From NCBI GenBank assembly GCA_963832745.1, contig CAWHVC010000003.1:672001-736000 (forward strand): a stretch of 64,000 bases of DNA, read 5' to 3'. This DNA comes from Candidatus Bathyarchaeota archaeon. GTDB lineage: Archaea; Thermoproteota; Bathyarchaeia; Bathyarchaeales; Bathycorpusculaceae. The notes under the pieces are model-generated. The model had not been told where the DNA came from and did not search any database. It saw only the letters and a list, made by a program, of their open reading frames with translations. Made by a program: the position numbers and the translations under genes. Positions 18,222-28,565 of this stretch are shown piece after piece (positions within the stretch are counted from its first letter, which is position 1; each line of letters opens with the position of its first letter).

Positions 18222-19426
18222 TGAACCTCATCCTTTGGCTGATTTGTAAGTTCATTATACAGATCAAGATACTTTTCAGCAACTAACGGCCAAGTAAAAT
18301 TACGGCTATACAAGTAAGAGTTTTGTTCCAGTGACTGCCGCAACGGCTTGTTTTCCATAATCTCCAATGCCTTTTCTGCAATGGATTCTGAATCGTGAAA
18401 TTCACAAAACACGCCTCGACCATCACCCAAAGCCTCTTTTGCATGAAGGTAAGGTGTTGAAACAATCGCTTTTCCAGCACCCAACGCGTAGGATAACGTG
18501 CCGCTGCTAACTTGGTTGGGTGAAAGATACGGTGTAATGTAAATGTCAGTTGCCTGCAGGTAATTGAGCAGTTCAGGTTTAGACAAGAACCGGTTAAGAA
18601 ATTTAACATGACTACTGACGCCTAACTTTTTAGCTTTAAGCATAAGCATGTTTCGGTAAGATTCGCCTTCGTAACTTCTAACTTGAGGATGCGTAACCCC
18701 AAGCACGTAATAAACAACTCTTGGCTCCTTTTTCACGATTTCGGGTAAAGCTTCAATCACGTACTCGATGCCTTTACCACGGCTAAGCAACCCAAAAGTT
18801 GACAAAACAACCCTGTTTTTTAGGCCTAAATCCTTTTTTGCATTGTCGCTGGGTACCAAGGGAATATCTGGGCAACCGTGAGGAATCATTTTTAGCTTTT
18901 TACCTGAAACGCCTAACTGTTTAAGCAGGTCTTTGGTTGTTTGGTTCATAACTACGATAGCATCGCTGCAGGATACTATTTGGTTAAACACTTTTTTTGT
19001 AGCATCTTCAAAACTTGGAAGAACTGTATGCAATGTAGTTGAAACAGGTTTTTTGAGTTTTTCCAAGAAATTACAGATGTAACTCCCGTTTTCTCCCCCA
19101 AAAATCCCAAATTCATGCTGCAAATTTACAACATCAACCGGTGACCTATTCAAAAGGCCAGCCATAACTTCATAGTCTTCAGAAAAGTCTCGACCAATTT
19201 TATGCTGGATTTGTCCAAAGGCTGACTTAAAAATTCGTCTCCCATCTATTGGAATTACTGTTTGCCCCTCAAGTTTACCAAGTTGGCTTGTTGACTTAAC
19301 CAAGTCAGCGGTAAAAGTTGCTATGCCGCATTTGCGTGGAGGATACGTGCTTACATAGGCAACTTCTTTAACGCTAGCCAATGTGGGGTTACCTATAATA
19401 TGCTTTGCCAACAAAACGTCACGCAT
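18203..19426 (-). CDS. Glycosyltransferase family 4
   Basis: STYPPRKCGIATFT, QHEFGIFGG, IPHG, TFGLLSRGKGIE, SGTLSYALGAGKAIVSTPY. Confidence 0.9.
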   Translation of the reverse strand: MRDVLLAKHIIGNPTLASVKEVAYVSTYPPRKCGIATFTADLVKSTSQLGKLEGQTVIPIDGRRIFKSAFGQIQHKIGRDFSEDYEVMAGLLNRSPVDVVNLQHEFGIFGGENGSYICNFLEKLKKPVSTTLHTVLPSFEDATKKVFNQIVSCSDAIVVMNQTTKDLLKQLGVSGKKLKMIPHGCPDIPLVPSDNAKKDLGLKNRVVLSTFGLLSRGKGIEYVIEALPEIVKKEPRVVYYVLGVTHPQVRSYEGESYRNMLMLKAKKLGVSSHVKFLNRFLSKPELLNYLQATDIYITPYLSPNQVSSGTLSYALGAGKAIVSTPYLHAKEALGDGRGVFCEFHDSESIAEKALEIMENKPLRQSLEQNSYLYSRNFTWPLVAEKYLDLYNELTNQPKDEVQCGYPL

Positions 19427-19559
19427 TTATTAGAGTTTCAGCGGTCTTTAAGCGCATGTGATTGTAGTATTACAGTCACAACGACAAAATTTAACATACG
19501 ATACAACCATCTTTATATGCCGCCATAACAACATGCTTTTTTCTTGAAGGGAGAGGGAT

Positions 19560-20453
19560 ATGAATCGTTTTAAAGGCAATCCCATATTAGAACCCAACCT
19601 AAAGAACAGTTGGGAAAACTATGCAGTATTCAACGCAGCCGCCATTTATGGCAACAGCCAAGTGCACATAGTTTACCGTGCAATGGGCACCGACAATATC
19701 TCACGTCTAGGCTATGCAACCTCCAACGACGGTTTCACCATTACGGAACGGCTTGATGAACCAGTCTTTTTACCTGCAATCCACGCTGAAAGCTCTGGAT
19801 GTGAAGACCCACGCTTAACAATCCTTGGCGACCAATGCTTAATGGCTTACACCGCCTACAGAAACCATGATTACCCCGTAATCTTTCAAATCGCGTTAAC
19901 CTCAATTGGTTTAAACGATTTGATTAACCAGAAATGGAATTGGAATGAACGAATTTTGCCGTTTCCAAACGTGAGAAATAAGGATGCCTTGATTCTTCCG
20001 GGAAAAGTCGATGGCAAATACGTTATGTTCCACCGTATAGAGCCAAGCATTTGTGTTGCCTACTCTGAAGACCTAAAGCAGTGGCATGGTTTCAAATCGA
20101 TTATGGAGCCACGGGATAAAATGTGGGACAGCCAAAAAATTGGCGCCGCCGGAACACCAATAGAACTCAACGAGGGTTACCTGTTCATTTACCACGGCGT
20201 AGATGACAACAAGAATTACTCGCTTGGCGCAGCATTGCTGGACAAGAAAGACCCCGAGAAAGTTTTATACCGAACTGAAAAGCCGATTTTAACACCATGT
20301 GAAGGCTATGAATGTGTTGGCCAAGTGCCAAACGTGGTTTTCAGCTGTGGAAACGTGCTGCTTGATGACCAAGTAATAGTTTACTATGGCGGAGCAGACA
20401 GCGTTTTATGTGCAGCAAGCTATGAGCTTAACGAGTTACTTCCAGCAAAGTAA
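19560..20453 (+). CDS. Glycoside hydrolase family 130, second paralog
   Basis: GNPIL, VFNAA, GCEDPR, RNKDA, YHGV, VPNVVFSCG, YYGGAD. Confidence 0.88.
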   Translation: MNRFKGNPILEPNLKNSWENYAVFNAAAIYGNSQVHIVYRAMGTDNISRLGYATSNDGFTITERLDEPVFLPAIHAESSGCEDPRLTILGDQCLMAYTAYRNHDYPVIFQIALTSIGLNDLINQKWNWNERILPFPNVRNKDALILPGKVDGKYVMFHRIEPSICVAYSEDLKQWHGFKSIMEPRDKMWDSQKIGAAGTPIELNEGYLFIYHGVDDNKNYSLGAALLDKKDPEKVLYRTEKPILTPCEGYECVGQVPNVVFSCGNVLLDDQVIVYYGGADSVLCAASYELNELLPAK

Positions 20454-20678
20454 CTCCTTTTTTGTTTGCTTTTTCATTTTTCATGTTGACTTGACGGGCA
20501 ACCACACATTTTTAAATCACGCATAACATAGAAAATTATTGTACACCTAAGAACTATCAAAAAATGCTGATAAAAATTCAAAGTTGTAGATTTCTGTTAC
20601 TTTGAAAGCTCAGCAGTTTGTTTTTGTTTTTGACGTCAACAGTTGAAATTTAGGTGTCTTTTACGGAGGTGAAAGGAG

Positions 20679-21212
20679 TTGCCTGAGTCTTACAGTGAAG
20701 TTGACAACAATTCTGATATCCAAAACACTGTTCAAAAAATAGAAACAGCAAACGAAAATGAAGAACCAAATGCTGTTACAGGTACCCAAGAAGGCGTGGA
20801 AGACTGGAAAAGCGGAGAATCTCAGGTTGCTGGAAGAATGACTGGAACCATGGAGGACTTAGAGAGAATGCAGGAAACTGAGTTCTTAATGAGTGAAGTG
20901 CGGGAATGCATTCAAGATTGTTTAGACTGTTTCCGAATCTGTAACCAAACATTGATTAGATGTTTAAGCATGGGCGGCAAGCACGCTGAAGTTGAGCATT
21001 TAAACCTCTTAATGGATTGTGCCAAAATCTGCAATACAAACGCTGATTTTATGCTAAGGAACTCGGCATATTACCCTCAAATCTGCGGTTTTACAGCTGA
21101 TATTTGTGACGAATGCAGTGACGTTTTTGACCGATTCGAGGACGATTTTATGAAAGAGTGCGCCAGCGTTTGTCGACGCTGTGCTGAATCGTGCAGGGAA
21201 ATGGCTAGGTGA
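20679..21212 (+). CDS. Cys-rich four-helix bundle copper-binding protein (DUF326/Csp3-like) with acidic N-terminal extension
   Basis: Repeated CxxxC/CxxC helices (CIQDCLDCFRIC, DCAKIC, ECASVCRRCAESC); GGAGGTGA SD upstream. Confidence 0.8.
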   Translation: MPESYSEVDNNSDIQNTVQKIETANENEEPNAVTGTQEGVEDWKSGESQVAGRMTGTMEDLERMQETEFLMSEVRECIQDCLDCFRICNQTLIRCLSMGGKHAEVEHLNLLMDCAKICNTNADFMLRNSAYYPQICGFTADICDECSDVFDRFEDDFMKECASVCRRCAESCREMAR

Positions 21213-21727
21213 CTTGTAAACCTGCCGTGTTTTTGGAGGTGAAATTTTTGAGTGGACAAGCGGATATTAAAGAAAAAATTGACGTTACATCTGGTTATGG
21301 CATTTACGAATTGCTAAAACAGGATCACGATGCTGTTAAGAGCATGTTTAAGCAGATGCTAGAGTCAGGTAAGTTTGATGCTGGCTCTTATGCCCAAATT
21401 GAGCAGGCTTTGAGGATGCATCTTGCGGGGGAAGAGAAGCTGTTTTATTCACGAATTGAAAATAACCCCGAAATGCGTACACTTGTTTTGGAAGCTTATG
21501 AAGCGCATGATTTAGGAAAACAGATAATGATTGACATTGATATGTCAGAAAACTTGTCGGCTGATTGGTTGTTTGCTAAGGTTAAATTGTTAAATGAAGC
21601 TGTTGATTTGCATTTTAAAGAAGAAGAGGATGACCTTTTCAAGAGGACAAAAAACGTTTTTTCTGTTGATGATGAGGCTGCATTAGGCAAGCTTTTTGCA
21701 CAAGAAAAAAACGCTATCGTGAAATAA
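21209..21727 (+). CDS. Hemerythrin HHE cation-binding domain protein
   Basis: LLKQDH, HLAGEEKLFY, EAYEAH, HFKEEEDDLF. Confidence 0.82.
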   Translation: MTCKPAVFLEVKFLSGQADIKEKIDVTSGYGIYELLKQDHDAVKSMFKQMLESGKFDAGSYAQIEQALRMHLAGEEKLFYSRIENNPEMRTLVLEAYEAHDLGKQIMIDIDMSENLSADWLFAKVKLLNEAVDLHFKEEEDDLFKRTKNVFSVDDEAALGKLFAQEKNAIVK

Positions 21728-21775
21728 CCCTTTTCCAGTTTCTCAAAGGTTACTATGTTTTGGGGTGGTGATTGT

Positions 21776-21934
21776 TTGCCTCCACGTGGAGTGGAAAGTG
21801 ATAAACGAAAACGGCAATATGAGCACATAAAAGAGTCAGAGCTTAAGCGTGGTGCTTCTGAAGAGGATGCTGAACGCATAGCTGCAGCAACTACTAATAA
21901 GACTCGTCGAGAAAAAGGTGAAACCCGGTCTTGA
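21776..21934 (+). CDS. Small basic protein (52 aa), MPPRGVESDKRKRQYEHIKESELKRGASEEDAERIAAATTNKTRREKGETRS
   Basis: Hand-translated (below the ORF-track cutoff); TTG start after GGTGGTGA SD; RQYEHIKES...AERIAAAT(V/T)NK resembles small bacterial stress-associated proteins. Confidence 0.75.
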   Translation: MPPRGVESDKRKRQYEHIKESELKRGASEEDAERIAAATTNKTRREKGETRS

Positions 21935-22078
21935 CCTGTTTTCTGAATGTTTTTGATTATTTTTTAATGGATTAGCATTTAGATTGTTCATTGATATACT
22001 GGGAAAAATTTATATGTCCTGTTTGATTGTTCCAATTTACTAAATCTATAATCAGATTAAACATACTTGGTGAATATT

Positions 22079-23758
22079 ATGTCAACACAAGGTGGACAAG
22101 TTCCAGTTCTAGTGCTAAAAGAAGGTACTGGAAGATCAACTGGACGTGAAGCACAAAGAAGTAACATTATGGCTGCAAAAATTGTGGCTGAAACAGTTAA
22201 AACCACATTAGGTCCCTGCGGAATGGACAAAATGCTTGTGACAAGCATGGGAGACGTCGCAATTACCAACGACGGTGCAACTATAATGAAGGAGCTAGAC
22301 GTTCAGCATCCAGCAGCAAAAATGCTTGTAGAAGTAGCAAAAGCCCAAGACAATGAAGTCGGCGACGGCACAACAACCGCAGTCGTACTGTCAGGCGAGT
22401 TGCTTTCAAAAGCTGAAAGTTTACTAGATCGAAACGTACACCCAATCGTTATAATTGAAGGCTATAAGAAAGCAAGCGAAAAAGCCCAAGAAATTCTTAA
22501 CAACATTGCAATGCCAGTAGCATTTGATGATGACAAGACCTTAAGGCAAATCGCTATGACTTCACTTAACAGCAAAGGCATTAATGTCGCTCAAGACCAC
22601 TTCACAAAACTACTTGTTGACGCAGTCAAGCAGGTTGCGGAAAAAGTAGACAACAAATACAAGGCCGACCTTGACCTGATTAAGGTTGTTAAAAAGCACG
22701 GTAAAAGCCTTGACGAATCTGAACTAGTCAAAGGCATGGTTCTTGACAAAGAAGTTGCAAGCTCACAAATGCCAAAAATCATCGACAATGCCAAAATTGC
22801 TCTGCTTAATGCCAAACTTGAAATAGAAAAAACAGAGTTCGACGCTAAAATTAACATTGAAAGCCCAGACCAAATGCAACGCTTCTTAGATGAAGAAGAA
22901 CGCATGATAAAAGAAATGGTTACAACCATCCAAAAGTCAGGCGCAAACGTTCTTTTCTGCGAGAAAGGTATCGACGACATGGCGCTTCACTTCCTTGGCA
23001 AAGCAGGCATCTTAGCAGTTAAAAGCGTAAGCAGCAGTGACATCGAAAAACTTGCTCGTGCAACAGGCGGAAGTATCGCTGCAAGCGTAAAAGACCTTAC
23101 AGCAGACACTTTGGGTAACGCTAAACGTGTTGAAGAAGTCAAAATTGGTGAGGACAAACTTCTCTATATTCGTGACTGCAAGAATCCCAAAGCAGTAACT
23201 CTTGTCATTCGTGGTGCATCCAAAAACGTGATTGATGAAGCTGAACGCAGCCTACACGACGGTTTATGTGTCGTTCGAAACGTAATTGAGGACGGCAAAA
23301 TTGTTGCAGGCGGCGGCGCACCAGAAGCTGAACTCGCAAAAGGCTTACGCGCATATGCAGTAAAAGTGGGCGGACGCGAACAACTCGCAATTGAAGCATT
23401 CGCTGAAGCAGTAGAAGCAATCCCATTGACCCTTGCAGAAAACGCAGGCTTAGACCCAATCGACATCATGGTAGCATTGCGCAGTGAACACGAAAAGAAA
23501 GACAGTAAATACATGGGCATCGACGTTACCACAGGCAAAATCGTAAGCATGTGCGATAAACTAATCCTTGAACCCTTGCGTGTTAAACAGCAAGTAATCA
23601 AGTCAGCGACTGAAGCCACTAACATGATACTGAAAATCGATGATTTAATCAGTATCAAAGGCGGCGCAGGCGGAAGAATGCCTCCAATGCCCCCAGGAGG
23701 AATGGGCGGAATGGGAGGTATGGGTGGCATGGGCGGTATGGGCGGAATGCCCTACTAA
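22079..23758 (+). CDS. ths: Thermosome subunit (group II chaperonin)
   Basis: [29 protein letters not shown]; C-terminal GGM repeats; ATG 22079 follows GGTGA SD. Confidence 0.97.
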   Translation: MSTQGGQVPVLVLKEGTGRSTGREAQRSNIMAAKIVAETVKTTLGPCGMDKMLVTSMGDVAITNDGATIMKELDVQHPAAKMLVEVAKAQDNEVGDGTTTAVVLSGELLSKAESLLDRNVHPIVIIEGYKKASEKAQEILNNIAMPVAFDDDKTLRQIAMTSLNSKGINVAQDHFTKLLVDAVKQVAEKVDNKYKADLDLIKVVKKHGKSLDESELVKGMVLDKEVASSQMPKIIDNAKIALLNAKLEIEKTEFDAKINIESPDQMQRFLDEEERMIKEMVTTIQKSGANVLFCEKGIDDMALHFLGKAGILAVKSVSSSDIEKLARATGGSIAASVKDLTADTLGNAKRVEEVKIGEDKLLYIRDCKNPKAVTLVIRGASKNVIDEAERSLHDGLCVVRNVIEDGKIVAGGGAPEAELAKGLRAYAVKVGGREQLAIEAFAEAVEAIPLTLAENAGLDPIDIMVALRSEHEKKDSKYMGIDVTTGKIVSMCDKLILEPLRVKQQVIKSATEATNMILKIDDLISIKGGAGGRMPPMPPGGMGGMGGMGGMGGMGGMPY

Positions 23759-23760
23759 AA

Positions 23761-23788
23761 CCCCCAAACTTTCTTTCTTTTATTATTT
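23761..23788 (+). terminator. Putative C-run/T-run intrinsic terminator after thermosome
   Basis: CCCCCAAACTTTCTTTCTTTT right after the stop; same style as after the pilin genes. Confidence 0.5.
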
Positions 23789-23911
23789 TAACGCTTAACC
23801 TAAAAAAACGAATGTTTACTTCTCTCTCCTGATACCTCAAAAATGTGTCTGCGCTATTTTGTTCCATAACCTATAAAAATTAGGTGAATTGATTTTTATT
23901 TTGGACAAAAA

Positions 23912-25456
23912 ATGCGCAAAACTGTTTCTTCTTCGCTTACAATTTTCTTGGCTCTTAGTGCGTTATTTCTGACTGGAAGCACATTTGGCGTTTATTCTAC
24001 AAATGCTCAATCGATTAATACTAGTTTTGAAGAAATCCACATTACCGCTGACGGAAGCATCGTCCCTTCAACAGCGCCAATTCAACGAAATGGCAACACC
24101 TATACTTTGACCGCCGACATAATCAGCGCTTTTGGAGCAAACGGAATCATCGTGGAAAGAAATAACATTATTTTGGATGGTGCTGGTCACAAGATAGAAA
24201 GCGAAGGCTGCGAACGTCCATGGGAAAGAAAAATCTACCACACTGCAGGTATAGACTTAACAAACGATTCAAACGTTACAGTCGTAAACACTGAAATTAA
24301 CCTATTCTATAATTCCATTATTCTTAGTTGCTCTTCCAACAATAAAATAATCGACAACGAAATAAATGTCAGTCAAGATGGCGAGCATGGAATTGACATT
24401 CGACCAAGCTGTGAAGAGAACTATATCTCTGGAAACAAAATAATTTCACCTCATTATGGCATCAGTTTCGTTCTGTCTGGAAATAATAAAATTATTGAAA
24501 ATGACTTAACGGGTGATATACTTCTTCAGAATTCCAATAATAACGAAATTTCCTATAACAGCATTAAAGCTCAAGCGCGGGGTCTTGCTTTAGAATCTTC
24601 ACATAATAACAAGCTGAGAGGAAATACGTTCAGCATTTATGCACTAGAAATATCAGGCAGTAGCATCTCAGATTTTATGAATGACGTTGATACATCAAAC
24701 AAGTATGCCGGCAAACCAATCTATTATTGGGTCAACGTGCATGACCAAAAAATTCCCTCAGACGCCATATATGTATGCCTTGTAAGCTGTTCAGGTATAA
24801 CGATCGAAAATCTACGTTACGAATTCTCAGGACCCAGAATCTTGCTGGTCAATACGACAAATTCCTTAATTACTAAAAACTATGCCAAAGGAACCGACAT
24901 TTATTTCCTAAATCTTACTTACTCCGACAACAACAGCGTCATCGAGAACTGCATAGATAGAAATATGATAGGAATATTTCTTGGGTATTCCTCACAGAAT
25001 ATAATCTCTGAAAACAACATAGTTAACAACTATAAGGGTATTGTTTTATTTTCATCTTCTCAAAATACCCTATCTCAAAATAATGTTTCGGCAAACAATA
25101 TCGAAGGAATATCAAACGGGCTTTCTTTTGAATATTCTTCTGAAAACAACGTCTTCAATAACAGTATAGTCAGTAACTGTGGTTTTGGTATTGAATTAAT
25201 CTCCTCTTTTGGAAACAAGTTCTATCACAACAGCATCATAAACAATATTCAACAAGTCTCATGCGTTAATTCCACAAACGTTTGGGATGATGGCTCAGCT
25301 TCAGGAGGCAACTATTGGAGTGACTTAGCTAATGGAGAATCAATCTACGCTATAGATGCTAATAACCAAGACAATTATCCGCTTAATAATTTTGGTAAAC
25401 AGAGTATTTTTTTGTTAGAGATTATTCTTGTGCTGATTTTAGTGGTTTTACTGTAA
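23912..25456 (+). CDS. Secreted right-handed beta-helix (NosD/CASH-type) surface protein with C-terminal TM anchor
   Basis: Signal peptide, ITADGSIVPSTAPIQRNGNTYTLT, repeated SSNNxIxxNxI coils, GNYWSD...DNYPL; the tail appears to continue in another frame to ~25511. Confidence 0.85.
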   Translation: MRKTVSSSLTIFLALSALFLTGSTFGVYSTNAQSINTSFEEIHITADGSIVPSTAPIQRNGNTYTLTADIISAFGANGIIVERNNIILDGAGHKIESEGCERPWERKIYHTAGIDLTNDSNVTVVNTEINLFYNSIILSCSSNNKIIDNEINVSQDGEHGIDIRPSCEENYISGNKIISPHYGISFVLSGNNKIIENDLTGDILLQNSNNNEISYNSIKAQARGLALESSHNNKLRGNTFSIYALEISGSSISDFMNDVDTSNKYAGKPIYYWVNVHDQKIPSDAIYVCLVSCSGITIENLRYEFSGPRILLVNTTNSLITKNYAKGTDIYFLNLTYSDNNSVIENCIDRNMIGIFLGYSSQNIISENNIVNNYKGIVLFSSSQNTLSQNNVSANNIEGISNGLSFEYSSENNVFNNSIVSNCGFGIELISSFGNKFYHNSIINNIQQVSCVNSTNVWDDGSASGGNYWSDLANGESIYAIDANNQDNYPLNNFGKQSIFLLEIILVLILVVLL

Positions 25457-25636
25457 GTTTTACAATTATCTATTTCACGGTAGTTAGAAGAAAGGCTCGA
25501 TATAATAGTTAACCATCAAAACTAACCTACTGTGGCTAAACAGCCTACGAGCAGCAACCTTATAGAGACTTAAGAGCTTGAGGGTGTTAACCTTATATTG
25601 AGTTAAATAGACATACTCAGTAATCGGAGAAGCCGC

Positions 25637-26362
25637 ATGAAACACGTAAAGATTTCAGCGTTTGATTGCCCTGATGCTTGGTTTAAAACTATAAGCAGAA
25701 TCTGGTATGAGGGTGACATTTTTCCTGTCGGTTTTGGGTCTGAAGAAACAGAAACAAAGAAGCTGAATCTTTCAATCGAAATTGAGCATCCAGAAAACAG
25801 GCCGCTTGTAAGTGACAAAGCATCCTGCGACTTCAAGTACGTGCAAGGTTATGCGCTTGAATACTTATGGAGCGGCGAGTGCGCGGAAACCGAAGTTTAC
25901 ACTTACGGCAGCCGACTTAACAAGCCAATAAATCAAATCGAGGAAGCTGTTAAGCGGTATGCTGAAGAGCAAAGAGACCGCCAAGTCACTATGGTGATTC
26001 GTCTCCCTTCAGACATCAAAAAGTTTGATGAAAACAATAAAAAAAGTGAGCCGCCCTGCCTAAGCTTAATTGACACCGAAATTTCCGACGGCAAACTCCA
26101 CCTGACTTGCTACTTCCGCAGTTGGGACGCTTTTGCCGGTTTACCCGCAAATATCGCTGGTTTGCAACTTTTCAATGAAGCGTTTGTGAGCGAAATAAAT
26201 GAGAAGGGTGGCTTGAATTTGAAGACGGGTAAAATGATTTTTCACAGCAAAAACTGCCACATTTACCAGCGTCAATACAACTTAGTCAAGGAGCTGCTGG
26301 AGCCTAAAGATAACACAAAACGTTTAGCAAAAGCCTTGAAAGACCAGGAAAAGGAAGCTTAA
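25637..26362 (+). CDS. thyA: Thymidylate synthase, archaeal ThyA type
   Basis: YTYGSRL, PPCL, YFRSWD...GLPAN, HSKNCHIY. Confidence 0.85.
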   Translation: MKHVKISAFDCPDAWFKTISRIWYEGDIFPVGFGSEETETKKLNLSIEIEHPENRPLVSDKASCDFKYVQGYALEYLWSGECAETEVYTYGSRLNKPINQIEEAVKRYAEEQRDRQVTMVIRLPSDIKKFDENNKKSEPPCLSLIDTEISDGKLHLTCYFRSWDAFAGLPANIAGLQLFNEAFVSEINEKGGLNLKTGKMIFHSKNCHIYQRQYNLVKELLEPKDNTKRLAKALKDQEKEA

Positions 26363-27735
26363 GTTACCTTTTTTATTGGGTACTCCAAGTTTTTCCAGGC
26401 TGTCATGCCTCCAAGCATGTTTAGGACCTTGCTAAAGCCTTGCTTTTTAAGTAAACTTATAGCAATGCTTGAACGTTCACCGACAGAACAAACCACAACT
26501 ACAGGCTTATCTTTTGGTAAGGCTGCTGCTTTTTGAGGTAATTCTGGGAAAAACATTAACTCAGCACCTTCTATGACGCCGTCTTCTTCCCATTCGCTTG
26601 GTTCCCGCACATCAACAAGCGTAAACTCGCCCTTGCCAAAACTTGCATACACTTCTTTAGGCGTTATCGTACAGTTGCCATCAAAAGGTTTGCCGGCTTC
26701 CATCCAAGTTCTCATGCCGCCGCAAAGGTAACCGCACAAATTGTCAAACCCAAGCCTATGTAGGTGCGCTGTGGCTCTCTGGATGTCTTGAGCGCATTCA
26801 AGAATGAACAGGATGTACTGGTCTGGGTCAAGTAGCCAGCCGGGATAAACGCTGGTTCCTCCAAGCCACATGCTAAGTGAGCTGGGGATGTGGGCTCCCG
26901 CAAAACTGTAATGGTTGCGTGTATCCATCACTGTCATGTTATGTTCAGCCATTTCTTCCTCAAAAGTTTCCAAAGTTAACGCTTTGGGATAGGATAATTC
27001 GCTTAGTAAGGGTGGACCGTTAAGGTTGAGTTCTTCCATTTTGCGGAAGTAACGTGGCAAAACATGTTTTGTCTGCACAGCCCTCTTAACAAAATCTTCT
27101 TTGTCCAGTTGTAGGTAAGGGTTGGTTTTGCGTTCATACCCGATAGTTGTAGGTTCTTGGTTGCTTATGCCTTTACCGCAAACGCTGCCTTCACCATGCG
27201 CTGGGTAAACGAGTACGTGGTCACCAAGCGGTAACAATTTTTCATGTAAGCTGTTGTAAAGTTTTTCAGATTGAACTGGGTATGCTTCTTTGCCGTAAAG
27301 GTCGGTTCGACCCACTGAACCCGCAAACAATGTGTCGCCTGTGAAAACCATTAAGGCTTCCTTGTTGCCTGAAGGATAAACCGCGTAACACATGGACTCG
27401 TTAGTATGTCCTGAAGTGTAAATTGCTTTGATTTTGAAGTCGCCAGCGTTGAGGATGTCGCCGTCGTCAAGCTTATGTTCGCCATACTTGAAGCCTAAAG
27501 CGTTGCTGTGGCCAATTTCTGCCTCAGTCATGTTCTGCAGTTCCAAAGAGCCGATAACGTAGTCTTCATTTCTATGGGTTTCAAGAATGTAACGGATTTT
27601 TACGCATTCTTCCTTAGCAAGCTCCGTGTAGACTTCACAGTCCCTGCGTGGGTCAATAACTATGGCTTCACCTTTACTGGAAATAAAATAACTGTTATGC
27701 GCTAGCCCTTCAGACTTTACAGTTTGAATCTTCAA
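26359..27735 (-). CDS. MBL-fold metallohydrolase fused to two rhodanese domains
   Basis: IDPRRD, ETHRNEDY, GHT, FTGDTLFAGSVGRTDL, PAHG, DVREPSEW, CSVGERS. Confidence 0.88.
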   Translation of the reverse strand: MKIQTVKSEGLAHNSYFISSKGEAIVIDPRRDCEVYTELAKEECVKIRYILETHRNEDYVIGSLELQNMTEAEIGHSNALGFKYGEHKLDDGDILNAGDFKIKAIYTSGHTNESMCYAVYPSGNKEALMVFTGDTLFAGSVGRTDLYGKEAYPVQSEKLYNSLHEKLLPLGDHVLVYPAHGEGSVCGKGISNQEPTTIGYERKTNPYLQLDKEDFVKRAVQTKHVLPRYFRKMEELNLNGPPLLSELSYPKALTLETFEEEMAEHNMTVMDTRNHYSFAGAHIPSSLSMWLGGTSVYPGWLLDPDQYILFILECAQDIQRATAHLHRLGFDNLCGYLCGGMRTWMEAGKPFDGNCTITPKEVYASFGKGEFTLVDVREPSEWEEDGVIEGAELMFFPELPQKAAALPKDKPVVVVCSVGERSSIAISLLKKQGFSKVLNMLGGMTAWKNLEYPIKKVT

Positions 27736-27850
27736 AATAAATCACCCAAAACTTACCAAAACAGTAGGCAACTTAACGATTTATTCTTTCCGCCAAGCCC
27801 TTTCGTTGTTAAACCTTTATAGCATCTGACTTGACTATCAATATATTGGA

Positions 27851-28393
27851 GTGGCATTTATGGGTCACACTATGGCGGCTTGGAAAACTCTTGAAGACCT
27901 CCTAATCGAGTTGCGCACTAAAAACGTGCAGATTCCAGTGAACGTCCTTGAGGATTTGAGGGCAGCAAGGTCCATGATTGAATTGTCCTGCAAAGAAGGC
28001 GTCCATGGAGAAGCTGTAGCGAAGGCTGAAGAGTACACTGCCAACGTTGAAGCCTACCTGATAACTAAAGCTCAAGAAGTTTTAGAGCCAAAAGAAGTTG
28101 ATGGATGGTTTAAACGCCTTGAAGCTGCAAACGCACCCTCAGTCTGTATTGTCGGGCAAGAGGCAATGGATAACGGCAAAAAGTTTGTAGTTGGTGTTCC
28201 GCGAGGCCAGAAATGGATTCGCATTGAAACAGACAGTAAGTTCCCTGAGGAATATATCTTCAAATTGGCTGAGAAATACAATTTGACAGTTAACAAGCAG
28301 GCTGATGGACGCCTTATAGTGTATGGTCAACCGGACGATGTTAAAGCGTTCGTTAAACAAGTTGCCGCTGAAACAGCTCCACCGAAGCCCTAA
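27851..28393 (+). CDS. DUF2096-like archaeal conserved protein
   Basis: WKTLEDLLIELR...DLRAARSMI and GVPRGQKWIRI patterns. Confidence 0.6.
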   Translation: MAFMGHTMAAWKTLEDLLIELRTKNVQIPVNVLEDLRAARSMIELSCKEGVHGEAVAKAEEYTANVEAYLITKAQEVLEPKEVDGWFKRLEAANAPSVCIVGQEAMDNGKKFVVGVPRGQKWIRIETDSKFPEEYIFKLAEKYNLTVNKQADGRLIVYGQPDDVKAFVKQVAAETAPPKP

Positions 28394-28565
28394 TTTACAT
28401 TTTTCTTGTTTTCTGCACTCATTGTTTTTTACGGTCAAATTGTGTTGTCCGGTTAAAGCTTATTAAATCGTAAACCTATCAAACGTGATAAGCAGAAAAC
28501 ATTAAGAGGCAAAATTTGTGCCTACTTGCCCATACCCTAAACCTGTTTCAGGAGAAAAATGTTAA

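Noticed and set aside
23698-23750. 9-bp tandem repeats encoding GGM at the thermosome C-terminus
   Set aside because: Ordinary chaperonin tail, not a separate repeat element.
23869-23885. ACCTA-TAAAAAT-TAGGT upstream of the beta-helix gene, same geometry as the element core
   Set aside because: Only 5-bp arms, the spacer looks like a TATA box and there is no flanking similarity to the element; likely chance.
25445-25511. Apparent truncation of the beta-helix protein membrane anchor
   Set aside because: The hydrophobic helix and RRKAR tail continue in another frame, most simply a single-base sequencing indel.
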